NCBI GenBank assembly: GCA_046563655.1
Contig: CM102284.1
Span: 7,564,001 to 7,628,000, forward strand
Reading direction: 5' to 3'
Length of the DNA stretch: 64,000 bases
Source: Yuukianura sp. NJ FZ-2021
Taxonomy: Eukaryota
Shown piece after piece: positions 23,890 through 36,001 of this stretch (position 1 is the stretch's first letter; each line of letters begins with the position of its first letter). The position numbers were made by a program, and so were the translations under genes. Below the pieces are notes generated by a model. The model did no database searches, was not told where the DNA came from, and saw nothing but the letters and a program-made list of their open reading frames with translations.

Positions 23890-25955
23890 ATGCGAACTTT
23901 GACAGAAAAGGAATCTGTGGCAGTGAAACAGGTTCAAAAAACATGTTTCTTTACGTTTTGAAATTTTGATTTTGAATTTTATTTTGAAAATGGAGTTTGT
24001 TTTGGATTATAGCTTCGGGAGAAAGTTGGGGATTTGGATTTGAATGAAGAGCAACAAACAGATGACTTTCTAGTGAGATTCATCCGAGCTCGAGAAGGAA
24101 ATTTACGAAAAGCGGAAGAGATGCTGCGAAATGTAAGAAAATTTGTAAAATTACATACTACCGGTGAAGAGAAAACGACATTTTTTGTCGGACTTTTTTG
24201 TTTTCAACTAAAGTTTTTAGTGATTATGCGCATTTTTCGAAAACTTAAGTGCTAATTAGTTGTAAGCTTAATTAGTTAATTTTTACTTTGGTTATGCAGA
24301 TGATCAAATGGAGAGCTGACAATAATATTGAATCGGTTTTGGACTGGACACCTCCAGAAATCTATCACAAAATGTACCCAATGGAAATTTGTGGCTACAC
24401 TGCCGACGGAATACCTGGTGAGTTAATTAGTTTTACTTCTTTAATAATTAATTAGTTAATCAAGTTCATTTAAAATTTAGTTTCTTTGGTTTGTAGTTGT
24501 AGTGATTCCTTCAAGATTTGTGGATATGGATATGTTCTGGGAAATGGATTTAGATGAATACACGAAATACTCGTTCCGAAATTTAGAAGTAGTGATTGAT
24601 GCTGGTCGAAAGAAGAGTAAATCTGGACTTTCTTCGTATGAATTCATTGGAATCTATGACCTAGAAGGACTCAACATTCGCGGCATGATGAACCGAAAAT
24701 GTACAAACCTAATGCAAAAGATTTTAATTCGTGTTTTTAACACTGTTTTTTGATTATTTACTTTTTAGATTTGAATTTTGTCGGTTCAGTTACTAAAATA
24801 TTTGACGAAAACTACCCAGGTAAAACATCAACATTTTTGGTTTCACTTTCACTTGCATAACTTTCACTTTTCATTTGATTTTTGACGTTTCAGAGCTTGT
24901 CCGGAGAGCTTACTTTGCGTACCGTGAGAATCAATTCTTTCAAGTAAAAAGTATTTTGTGAAAGTATTTTTGAGAAAGTTGTTTTCTCCAGCTCCATCAA
25001 TTTTCAATGTGTTGCTTGCTATGGTCAAGCCTTTTATACCGAAACGTACCGCTGCCAAATTTGTGATGTGTGGATCCGATCCAGAAAAAATTCGGGATTT
25101 ACTCACAGCTTCAAAAATTCCACTCGAAATTATTCCTCCAAGTAAGCTTTCTGTAATCCCTCCTTTTCGAAATTACTTTTTGAAAATTCTAACTTTTTTT
25201 AGGATTTGGCGGCCTGAATCAAGAATTTGAAGATGTGAGTTAACTTTTTTTTTCTGTTCCGTTGGCCCTTATGAGCAGTTTAGTTTGTGTTACTACAAAA
25301 ATTTGGAAATTTCGAAATCCAATGAGTAATCGCATTTTGATTTTCAGACGGCTTTCAAAAACTGTGGAAAACAATCGATTACGAGAAGAGTGAGTATAAA
25401 AGGAGAAGTGGAAACGGATGGATTTGTGGAATCAATTGTTCCAGCGGGACATAAGATGGATTTTCCACTGGAAATTGATGAGCCAGGCACAACTATTCAG
25501 TAAAAACCAAAAACAGAATTCCAAAAAAGCGAATTTTAAAAATTTTAGACTCTGTCTCTTGTAATTTTAGTTGGTGCTTCAAAACTGAAAATTATGATAT
25601 TGGTTTCTCTGTGAACTACGTCGAGGTCAAAGGTCACGAAATCCATGACCACAGGAGTGAAAGTCATGAGGGTGGTTCTGATTCAGAACCAGAAGCAGAA
25701 GTTATCAAACCATTCCAAAGAATCGACGCTCAAGATAAAAAGCAGCGTGGATCTCATGTTTGCCAAAAACCCGGAAAATGTAAAAAGTTTTACATAAAAT
25801 TTCGAAAAATTAAAAATCTACTCAAATTGGATTTTTGTTTTTTCAAAAATTTGCTTTCAGATATCCTACTCTTTGACAATTCCTACAGCAGATTCCGCTC
25901 CAAAACGCTCCATCTCAAAGTTGACGTTACCAAACCAGGACAAGACAAAAACTGA
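23890..25955 (+). CDS. SEC14-like lipid-transfer protein (CRAL-TRIO N + CRAL-TRIO + GOLD), 11 exons
   Basis: DDFLVRFIRAREGNLRKAEEML, IYDLEGL, DENYPE, PSIFNVLLAMVKPFI, WCFKTENYDIGFSV, PGKYILLFDNSYSRFRSKTL. Exon phases are consistent. Confidence 0.9.
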
Positions 25956-26294
25956 TAGAGTTTCAAATTTTATAAATTTTTGATTTCGTATTTTGAAAAA
26001 AATTCCTCTACACAAAAATTGTAAACAGTATTTTTTACAGTTATATTTTGACTTTCACTCCTTGATGCAACTCGTCATTTTCTAACCTTGACACAAATTG
26101 TAAATTTTAACAAAGTGAAACTGAAATGGAAAGCTCTTTTGTCTAAAGTGTTCAAATTTTGATTTCCAATTGTTAGCTCTAATTGTTATGTTAGTCATGT
26201 AATAAAATATACTCGTCTTCAGTTCAACTTGTTTCAACCTAGACACATTATCTTTAATGTTAAATTTTTAACCATTTTATTTATACAGTTAAAC

Positions 26295-27414
26295 ATGACC
26301 AGCTTCGTTTTTGTTCCGGGAATTTTTAACATCCTTGCACTAACAAATGCCGCTCCAACATCCGAAGTTCGTAAGAGAGAAAATCTGTTTTCCTTTTTTT
26401 TCAAAAATGGTTAGTTTACTATTTTTAGTGTTGAATTTGTGAAATTTTGAACTTTTGCGTTTCAGTCACGATGAATGGACAATGCAAATGTCCTCAAATA
26501 ACTTTCAAAGTGTGTGGAACTGATGGTACGAATTCCAATACTTCCATTCCTTGCAAACAATGCATGTTTAAAAAATTCCAAAGACTTTTAAATTTTTTGA
26601 ATTTTAAATTTTGAACTTTTTAAATTGCAGGTGAAACGTATAAAAACCTTTGCGAACTTGAGTGCCGCCTAAAAAGACCTCCCTACTACAACGGTGAGAA
26701 AATGATTGTAGAAATTTTAGTTCACTCTGGTAGCTACATATGGATAGAATTACTCGAGCTTTAAGTTTGTCTTCTTTTTTTAGTGAAATTTTACAGATAC
26801 GGACCATGTACAGGAGATGAAGGTATTTTTAAAACATAGTTTTTGAAATCGGCCAATTTAAAACTCTCCTCTAAAATTTTTGATTAGCCCCTGAATGTGA
26901 CTGTCCAGCGGAATGGAAACCAATTTGTGCCAGCAATGGAATTACTTACGGTACGCAATACGCAAAAATCATCAAAATTTTGTTTTTTTTTTAAATCAAG
27001 AAAATAATGAGTTTTTAAGATCATGTTAATTCAATTTCAAAATTTCAGGGAGCAAATGCATTTTTGACTGCGAACGGAAACTGAATAAGGGGTGTAAGCA
27101 GCTTTTTTTTTATTTTTTTAAAAAAAAATACTTTTTCGAAACGATAGTTTGATTTTTTTTTTTTTCAAAAGAAAAAAAAATTTTTATGGTCGCGAACTGT
27201 GATGAATTTTACAACTTACACCTGCCATTGACAGGTTGAGAGATTTAAGAAATGTCGTTAATTTTTAATTTGATGTTAGTTTGATTTTCTCTTCTTTTCA
27301 GTGAAAATTGTGAAAGGAACGGCATGCGTGTTGCCGTACTTCATCCACTGGATGCGACTTGGAAACATTCATCAAATGAAGAAGGCCAATAGGATGAAAG
27401 CAAGGGGCACTTAA
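26295..27414 (+). CDS. Secreted two-domain Kazal-type serine protease inhibitor (7 small exons; missed by the ORF track)
   Basis: Signal peptide MTSFVFVPGIFNILALTNA. Domain 1: CKCPQITFKVCGTDGETYKNLCELEC...GPC. Domain 2: CDCPAEWKPICASNGITYGSKCIFDC...TAC. TAA at 27412-27414. Confidence 0.85.
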
Positions 27415-27848
27415 GGGCCTCAACACTTTAACTTCTGGATTAAAATTAAAATCAAAATTTTCAAAATTTTACTAAACTTATTTTCAAATCCGGTGTTAGT
27501 TTTTGGCCCTCAAGGAGTGACGACGCTCTTGCTGACCTTGATATTTTGGTTGCAATTTGGTGAACCCCGAAGCAAAAACCAGTTTGTTTTTTCAACCAGT
27601 TTTACTTAATTTAAAATTCTACACACTTAGTCATCATCTTCATCTGTTTTTCCACGTACTTCTTTTTTCGAAATTGCTTTGTAAGAACAGCAAAGTGACA
27701 AACACCAAAACTGCGTTCAATGCTCTCAAAATTTATTCAGTTCTAAAAAAGAAGTTAAAGTTCGGAAAAGTTTGACAGTTTTGCTTTCTCCCTAGGGCTT
27801 GACTGGGGTTTTTAATCAAAATTTCGAACTTTTGAAAGTGTTTTCAAA

Positions 27849-30374
27849 ATGGCTGAAACTTATGCCAAAATAGTTACATTAGTTATAGTTATAATTTTAA
27901 TTTCCTCCTATGTTTTGGAAATGATTGGAGCAGCATCTACTTCTGGCACTGCTGGATTCAATGTCAAAAAACCAATTTCACTTGGCCCAGAAATTGAAAT
28001 TTCTTCAGGAAAATTACGACCGAGGGAACTTCTAGCTCGAAATGGACAAAAATACTTCGGATTTATGGGAATTCCTTATGCTTCACCTCCAATTCAAAAC
28101 TTACGATACGCTGTAAGTCAAAAATTTTCAAAAACATGAAATTTTTAATACTTATTTTCAAAATTTTGATATTCTATAGGCACCACATGTAGCTTCCCCT
28201 TGGCATGACGTGCTGGATGCGACACAGTATCGGCCGAAGTGCATCCAGTACAATGTTAAGTCTGGAAATGTCGAAGGATCCGAAGATTGTTTGTACCTGA
28301 ACGTTTTTACACCTAAAGTAAGCAGAAATGAAAAATTTGAAACCAAAATTTGAAAATTTCGAACTTTCTTTTTCAAATTTCAGCTTCCGAACAAAACGAA
28401 AAGCGATGACGATGAAGCTGAACTTTATCCGGTCATGGTGTACTTCCACGGTGGTGCTTTCATGTACGGTTCTGCTTCGACCTACGACGCTCGGTATTTC
28501 ATGGACGAAGAAGTCGTTTTCGTTACCGTCAGCTACCGACTAGGATCCTTCGGTACACTTTTTACCGGAAACTGAGCGTACCGTTTCAATTTTACACTTT
28601 TACCGGTTTGATTGTTCCAGGATTTCTGAATACTGAAGACGACACGGTTCCGGGAAACATGGGCCTCAAGGATCAAGTAATGGCGCTGAAATGGGTGAAC
28701 GAAAACATACATCACTTCAACGGTGACAAAGACGTTGTGACCTTGATCGGTGAAAATGCTGGTGGAGCTTCTGCGCACTACCACATGCTGTCACCTATGA
28801 GCAAAGGTAACACGAAGTTCAAAATTTTCAAAATTTTGAAACATTGAGTTCTGCAAATTTTGACAGTTCTGTTCTTTTATAGGCCTGTTTCACCGTTCGA
28901 TTTCAATGGTAAAACAAGTTTTGAAAAAACTTTTGAACAAAATTAAGCAAAACTGTGTAAAAATCTAGATAAAATTTTGAAATTTCGTTTTTTCAAAATT
29001 CCAGAGTGGAACTGCTCTGTGCCCGTGGGCGTTCCGGAGAGATCCGAAGAAGCAAGCCAAGCGACTTGCAGCCATGATGAACTGCCCATCAAACGATATG
29101 CAGGAAATGGTGTTCTGTCTTCAAGCACAAAATGCTTCGGCGCTAGCTTTGAAACACAAAAAACTATTTGTAAGATTCAAATTTCAAAATTTTCAAAAAA
29201 AAAAAGTAAAGAAAAGAAAAAAAGAACATTATAATTCAATTAATTTCATTTTTTCATTTCAAGCTTTCCATTCAAAATTAAGTTCCCCAGCCGGATCTGT
29301 GACGGAAGATTTTGACGGATCTGTCTTGTTTTTCTCGAAATTTTGATTCTTTGTTTTTTAATTCTAAAGGAATGGAACACGGATCCAATCAGTCCATTTG
29401 CTCCGTCAATCGAGCATTCTCTGAATGAAAACGAAGTTTTTCTCAAAGATTCGCCTTATATGCTCATCCAGAAAGGTCAGGTCAACCAAGTACCCTGGAT
29501 TGTTGGCCTCACTGACCAAGTCTGCCTGGAGAATTCATACCGTAAGTTACTCGAAAACTAAAATTTTGAAATTTTTGACAAATTTTAAATTTTGAACAGG
29601 TATTTTGAAAAGTCCGAAGTTACTAGCCGAAATGAACCAAGATTGGTACAGAATTGCCCCACTAACATTCGATTACCGTGACACTGCTCTTCTAACCGAT
29701 TCGGTATCGAATCAAATTCGGTCTTTCTACTTCGGAAGCAAGCCGATTGGTCCGAAATCAGAATCGAATCTGACTAATCTCTATAGTGACAGATACTTCG
29801 GTCACTGCACTCGTGTAGCCGCCTTGTTGCATAAGAAAATCAACGAAGGGTCCCCCGTATTCCTGTATAACTTTGCATTCAGGGTCCCTGGACGCTCACA
29901 TCTTGGCTTGCTAGGGGTCAGCCCTGCCCCGGGCGTGTCCGAAGGTGACGAACTTTCATTCCTGTTTCACATGGACGGAAATGCATACAAGCAGATTTTT
30001 CCAGAAATCAGGAGACTTACAAAGTATCACGACTTTTCCAGAAGATTTGTTGCTCTCTGGGTCTCTTTTGTCAAAAACGGGTAAAATTTCAATCAATTTT
30101 TAAAGAAAATTACCAAATTTTGTTTTTGAAATAACTTTGCAGAGTGCCGCAGGAGACTTGGGGCCCTGCTAAGGAGTGGATGTCAATTCAGCCTGACGAG
30201 GTCAAGGGTGACGTGGCCCTTAAGTACTACCGAATTGACAACATGACCTCTGTGGTTGACGAACCGAATGGATCACGCATGACATTCTGGGACAATCTGC
30301 CTCTAAATGAATACGAAGACCAAATGTCAGTGTACAGTCGGAGGGATGATTTATCCGACGATGACGAGGAATAG
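27849..30374 (+). CDS. Type-B carboxylesterase-fold protein, predicted catalytically inactive
   Basis: GIPYASPP, GSEDCLYLNVFTP, YFHGGAF, YRLGSFGFL, GNMGLKDQVMALKWV, GLFHRSISMSG. The nucleophile motif is GENAG instead of GESAG. Confidence 0.9.
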
Positions 30375-30399
30375 TGACACCACTGTTGACATTTTCCAT

Positions 30400-30637
30400 G
30401 CCATTGCTTCGAATAGAAATGTTTCGAATTGAATTGTTTCTAAAAATAATTGTTTCGAAAAGCTCATTTGTCTGTCTAAACTTAACTTAAGTCTCAAAGT
30501 AAAATAACCAACATAATAGAAGCCTAAATTAATCCAAATTAAGCTAATCTAAGCCGTAAACCCTAAACAATTTGTGTTCCGAAACAATTATTTTTCGAAA
30601 CAATTCGCAATCGAAACAATCTTTTCGAAAGAATGGC
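30400..30637. mobile_element. Foldback/MITE-like element just downstream of the esterase stop
   Basis: Ends GCCATTGCTTCGAA / TTCGAAAGAATGGC. TGTTTCGAA subrepeats on the left are mirrored by CGAAACA repeats on the right. Confidence 0.55.
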
Positions 30638-31018
30638 TTCCTTGTTGTGGACAAAGCTCCGTACAACTTGAAATACAAGTTGACCTATGACCTTTTTTGA
30701 AACTTTTTTTTAAAGAAATTTTGAAGAGCGTGGCATACTTAATTTGATTTTAAATCCAGGAATGTCAAAAACACAGTTGGTGGAATTTTGATAATAAAGT
30801 TAGAAAATTCGTTTTAAAAAATTCAGAACGACTCTGGTAAGGCTACGTAAATTCAATAAGTTAAGCAAAACGTTTAATTAATTCTCATCTGTTTTTACTA
30901 AACGTCAAAAATATTTGTCATATAAATAAGTAACCCTCCGAATCAAAATTTCATCAGCTCATCTTCTCCTGAAAACCGAAATAACAGCGAGCCCAAGAAA
31001 CCAAAAACCAAATTCATC

Positions 31019-31866
31019 ATGCAAGTTCGGCTTGTCTTGGCAGCGACTGTTGCACTTTTTTTGATGAAGGTGGTTTCAGTTCGAAGTGACACTCTGGACT
31101 CGGCTTCAGTCGCCCAAACGAACTTCACTGCAGCAGATTACGCCAAAATCAAAAGTACTCCAGCACTTCCGACTGCTTGGGTAAGTTTATGATTCTAAAA
31201 AGTTTAAAAATTCAAGGCTAAAAGTGTAATTTCGTGCCGAAACTTTCCTTTTTAACAGTTTTTCCTGTACCCGCTTACTTATTTTTACGTTTCGATGGCA
31301 AGTGAGCATGTTTATCGTTCGTACTATGAAATCATGGTTGGTCGTCCAGCTCAATCCGAAGATGATCTGATCAATATGAACCTCAGAATTAAGTTCACCT
31401 TGGCACTTCCTAGTTACAAGGCAGACACACGAGCTGATTCGGTGGACTACGACCAAACGCAAATGGTGGAACATGTCTTTAAGCAGAATTGTACACCGCA
31501 ATTGCATCTACTGCCGCTCGATCTGACTCTTTCTGGACTGTCTAAGGCTATGTGCACACCTAGTCTTTTTGGCAACAGTGCTGGTGTACGGACTGACTTG
31601 ATTCGTAAGTTCATGTTTTTTTTTAATCGCGGAATAACTCGGAAAAAACAAAAATTATGCATAACTTGACTCTATTTTTGTCCTTTGTAGCAACATCTTA
31701 CGATAAAATTGTTTGGGAAAGTTCGGAGGAGCGGGCTGTACTCATCACACGCTATGTCAACAATGCAATTGTTGACTGGAAAGTGCTGTCTTATGACCCA
31801 ATACTTACCGAAAAGGCGAAGACTGAGATTTTTGACGTTGTGGAGTCACTGGGCCTCATTCTCTAA
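31019..31866 (+). CDS. Secreted protein of 227 aa, possibly a divergent lipocalin/calycin; exons 31019-31180, 31259-31604, 31691-31866
   Basis: Signal peptide MQVRLVLAATVALFLMKVVSVRS and in-phase GT-AG introns. The C-terminal WKVLSYDPILTEKAKTEIFDVVESLGL resembles lipocalin SCR3 plus helix; the family call is inference. Confidence 0.7.
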
Positions 31867-32248
31867 ATCTTCGTCGATTCTACATTCCGCGTATTTTTTT
31901 CTACGTGATGTGTTACGTGGGAAGATTTTCAAAGCCACCAATCTGGAATTCTGGAATTTTAAACATTTTTTTCCATAAATATGATGATTTCGAAAATAAA
32001 TTTGAAAAAATTATGCTCGTATTCGCCTCGCACACTTTTTTTCTCTGCAAAATTCCTTATCGTGCTTACTGGGTTTCCATGCAACCTGTTTTCTAATTTT
32101 AGAAAACATTACATATTTAACAGGCTATGAAACTTCAAAATATTGTTGCAAAACTTGAAAGAAGAAGAACAAGTTACTTTTCAAAACAGATTTTCAGGGA
32201 CTGTTTTTTTTTCAAAATTTGGAATTCGAGGATTCCTAAAATTACATC

Positions 32249-35200
32249 ATGGCGCAATGTGGAACTAGGAAGTTCAACAGTTGTTTTCCAGCGATCCGAA
32301 ATTTGAACAATCCCGTTGAAAGTCAATTTAATAAATGCTGGCCCACACCAGACAAGAATTCGGTTTGTCGTGAATTGGAGAGATGCATGAAAGAACAAGA
32401 AGAGAACTGCCCAGCATCCCAGCATCAGCGTCCCCGCTCCGCCCCACCATGCTTGCCTCAGGGCAAAGTCAAGGAACAAAGATACAAAGATGCTTGCTGC
32501 AGTACAGACCCCTGTGATTCGTATCCTTCTCCGTGCGGTCAGCATGCTGCCACCAGTACATATCCAGCATCCTGCGGTCAACATGTTGGCACCAGTACAT
32601 ATCCAGCCTCTTGCGGTCATCCTGCTGCCACTTGTGCCACCAGTGGAGGACCAGTGCCACAAAGTTCGAAAATTTTCAAAATTTCGAAATTTTTAAACTT
32701 TAAAAAATTCGAAATTTGAAAAATTCTAAACTTTTTGATAAATATTTACCTTTGACCTTTAGGATGCCTGGACCTGACCGTGCATGGGCGTGGTATGTCA
32801 CCACCGAATTGCAGAAAAATGTGGCTGCAACAATGTCAACGTCCACCGGAAACGCCTTCGTCTTCTTCCTGCTCATCTTCGGAACATTCCGAGTCGTCAG
32901 AATGTGACGATGAGGAAGATGTGCCGCCGACAAAACCAAAACCGAAACCAAAAATGCCGTTACCGGAAGCCCTCAAACCAACCGGCAGTGAAAACTTACG
33001 CAGAACTGAAGAAATAACGGAACTTCCACCACCCCGAAGTTTGCCTCCACCTCTGCCGCCCAAACCGGTACGACCACCACCGCCGAAACTAGAACCGGTA
33101 CCAAGTCAAGAGTTTACGGTTACTGAACCGGATGAACCGATTGAAGCAGTTCCGGAAATAACAGAGTCTAATTTGACGATTATCATTGAAGACGAGACGC
33201 CAGAAGGAATCGAGGACATTGACATCGAAGTTGAAACGACACTTGAAAATCCCGATACGGTTCATAATATTGTAGTTGAAAAACCTCCAGAAACTACAGT
33301 CGAAGTTTCGACTCCCACTCCTGGAACTTCCAAAGTCACGGCATCAATTCCACTACCACCTCCTCCTCCTCCGCCGGAGGAGGAAGAGGAGGAGGAGGAG
33401 GAACCTCCGACCGAAAGCGAAGTTCCAGCGATTGAGGATGAACCGGAAGTTGAAGAAGAAGAGCCGGAAGTTGAAGAAGAGGAAGAGATTCCGCCTCCAG
33501 CCCTTCCAGCTCCAGAGATTCCTCCAGTGACTCTCCCTCCTGAGCCTCCTCCTCCAGTGATTCCTCCTCCGGTGATCCCTCCTCCGCCAAATCCACTTCC
33601 TCTGATGCCTCCTCCGCCGATTCTGCCTCAGGCAATTCCGCTTCCACCAATTCCTCCTCCCATGATGCTGCCTCAAGCGATTCCGCTTCCAGCGCTTCCA
33701 GCTCCAGTGATTCCCGAAATTGCCAACATTTCACCTCCGACCACTCCGCCCCCAACGCCCAGTGAACATCCAGATCCCTGTCCACGACCAGAAATGGACG
33801 ATGTGGGAACTGAAACTGTCCCAATTAGAAGCAATAACGTCACCACTGCTACAGCAGAAGAACCTTGTTCCGAAGAAGACGAACGAATCATGAAACAACT
33901 TCGGAAAAAGCACACTTGCTTTCTCTGCAAAGAAATTTTGTTTCATGTAAAGAAAATTTTCGACAAAAAAAATTCTAGCAATTTGGAAAAAAAAAGTCCA
34001 AAAAAGTTTCTGTTTTAAATTTTAGACTGTACGCATGGACGGATGTCGCCATTATTTCTGTCGCTACTGTCTCCTCAAGTACATTCAATATAAACAGAAC
34101 TGTCCAGTGTGTGGCAAGAAGTATAAGGGGTACGTGGATTCCAGTAATTTCAGTAGCGTTTACCTTTTGACCTCTGTTGACATTTGTCTTATGACATTGT
34201 GACCTTTGACTTTTGTTGACCTTTGACCTTTGACTTCCAGATTCACTCTGAAACCAGAAGTTGACGCCTGTCTGGATTGCAAATTTGCTCAGCTTTGCCA
34301 AAAGTATCAAAAGCAACGTGAGAATCTGATTGCCTCTCGGTATTTTGCGGAACGTGAACTTTGGCGTGCCCATGCGGAAGCAAATGGAATCAAACAAAAT
34401 GATTTTGACTGCAACCCGGACAGGTCAAAGGTCAATGACCCTGAGACTGCAGTCCAACCTTACGACTGTGGCCTTAAATACAGTAAGTACAGATTTCATT
34501 TTCATATTTCAGATTTCAAAATTGTATATTTTTAATAATTAAAAATATATTATAATAAAATATATCTAAAATATAATAATTAAAAATATAATTTTGAAAT
34601 CTGAAATACAACAATAATTATTATTGTTGGAGTTATGAATTTTTACATTTTAGACAAAATGCAGTATCTAACTTTCGGCGCAGAAGCAAAGTCAAAGGGT
34701 GGCCCATTTTATAAAATGCCGAACCAATGTCAGGCGAAATCCAATTCCGGACGGTACGGAGGAAATTGTTTCACCTGTGGAAAACCGGCTTTCTACGTTC
34801 CGTTTGGCTCCACTGCGCCGCGTTTCGATGACATGGACTGTACGTTTCAGTTTTTCAAAATTCTAAAATTTGAAAATTTCGAAAACTCAAAATTTTGAAC
34901 AGACCAGCAGCAGCAGCAGCCTAATTTAATGTACCCGCCGAACCCCTATCCATACCCCCCTGAAATCAAGACTTCAAAGCGTCGACCTAAGGCTGGACTA
35001 AATTCAAAATTCAAAAACTTTGTGTCGGATGGAACCGAATTTTCGGATTTTCCGGGCTCTGACAAGTTTAAAATGAAATCCAAAGTTAAAAAGAGACCGA
35101 CAACTGATTGTTTTGCAAGTACTTCTTCCTTTAGTACTCGTCCTTTTCCACCAATGGCTACTCAGATGACGTTTGACCAGTATGATCCACTCATACCGTC

Positions 35201-36001
35201 TTGTGGTTACTATCAACCGAAACCGAAGCCTCAAAAAACCAAAACACCCGTAAAATTTCCAAAAACTAACACAAAATCATTTCGTTTTTTGAAATTCCAT
35301 TTTCATTCTAAACTTTCTCTGGTAGAGAAAAACTGGTGAAAACTGCCGACCGTGTCCAGAACCTCCACCAAGAAATACTTGCGAATCGCCGCATCGTCCA
35401 CCAACTTGTCTCCCGCAATGTCAACCACCGCCAACGCGAGGTCAAACATCGCAATTGGGATGTTTACCTCCGACGCGAGGTCAAACGCGAGGTCAAACAC
35501 CGACGCGAGGTCAAACTGCTCAGTTGGGATGTCAACCTCCTCCGATTGGATGTTACCCACCACAGCAGCTTAGTTCTGATTTTTGTCGCTGTCCATGGGG
35601 TCCAACTACTACTGCCAAAAAAGCCCCTCGGGGCATGACTGTCGGACAGTATAGACATGCGCCGACGCAGTATTTGCCCATGGCCTACTCCCCCTTCCAC
35701 CATCATCCAATGATCCAAAAGTACGATCCACACAAGTATGCATTCAAACCCAACGCCCCTGGTCCACTTCACTTGCATATGCACTATTCGTAAGAAAACT
35801 TGGAACTTTTGAAAATCAAAATTTGGAAATTTTTAATTCTTCCAAAAATTTTTGAAATATGGAATTCGTTTCAGGTCGGACCGTGTTGGTGGTGGTCTAT
35901 GTCAAAGACCAAGAAAAGTGCGACCAATATGCAGAGAAAAGCCGAAAGTTTATGGAGCTGCAGCATTTGAACAGTATGACCTCAACTACCAGTTGCGTTG
36001 A
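32249..36001 (+). CDS. 1022-aa Cys-rich / Pro-Glu-rich protein with a C3HC4 RING finger (putative E3 ligase); exons 32249-32663, 32763-33946, 34026-34129, 34241-34482, 34654-34839, 34903-35249, 35326-35789, 35875-36001
   Basis: Eight exons joined by GT-AG introns give 3069 nt in one frame. Spliced RING: CFLCKEILFHTVRMDGCRHYFCRYCLLKYIQYKQNCPVC. Confidence 0.8.

Noticed and set aside
27849-30374. Calling the inactive esterase a neuroligin or gliotactin
   Set aside because: No C-terminal transmembrane segment or cytoplasmic PDZ-binding tail.
33276-33946. Arg-rich and Glu-rich antisense or alternative-frame ORFs
   Set aside because: Shadows of the Pro/Glu low-complexity exon of the RING gene.
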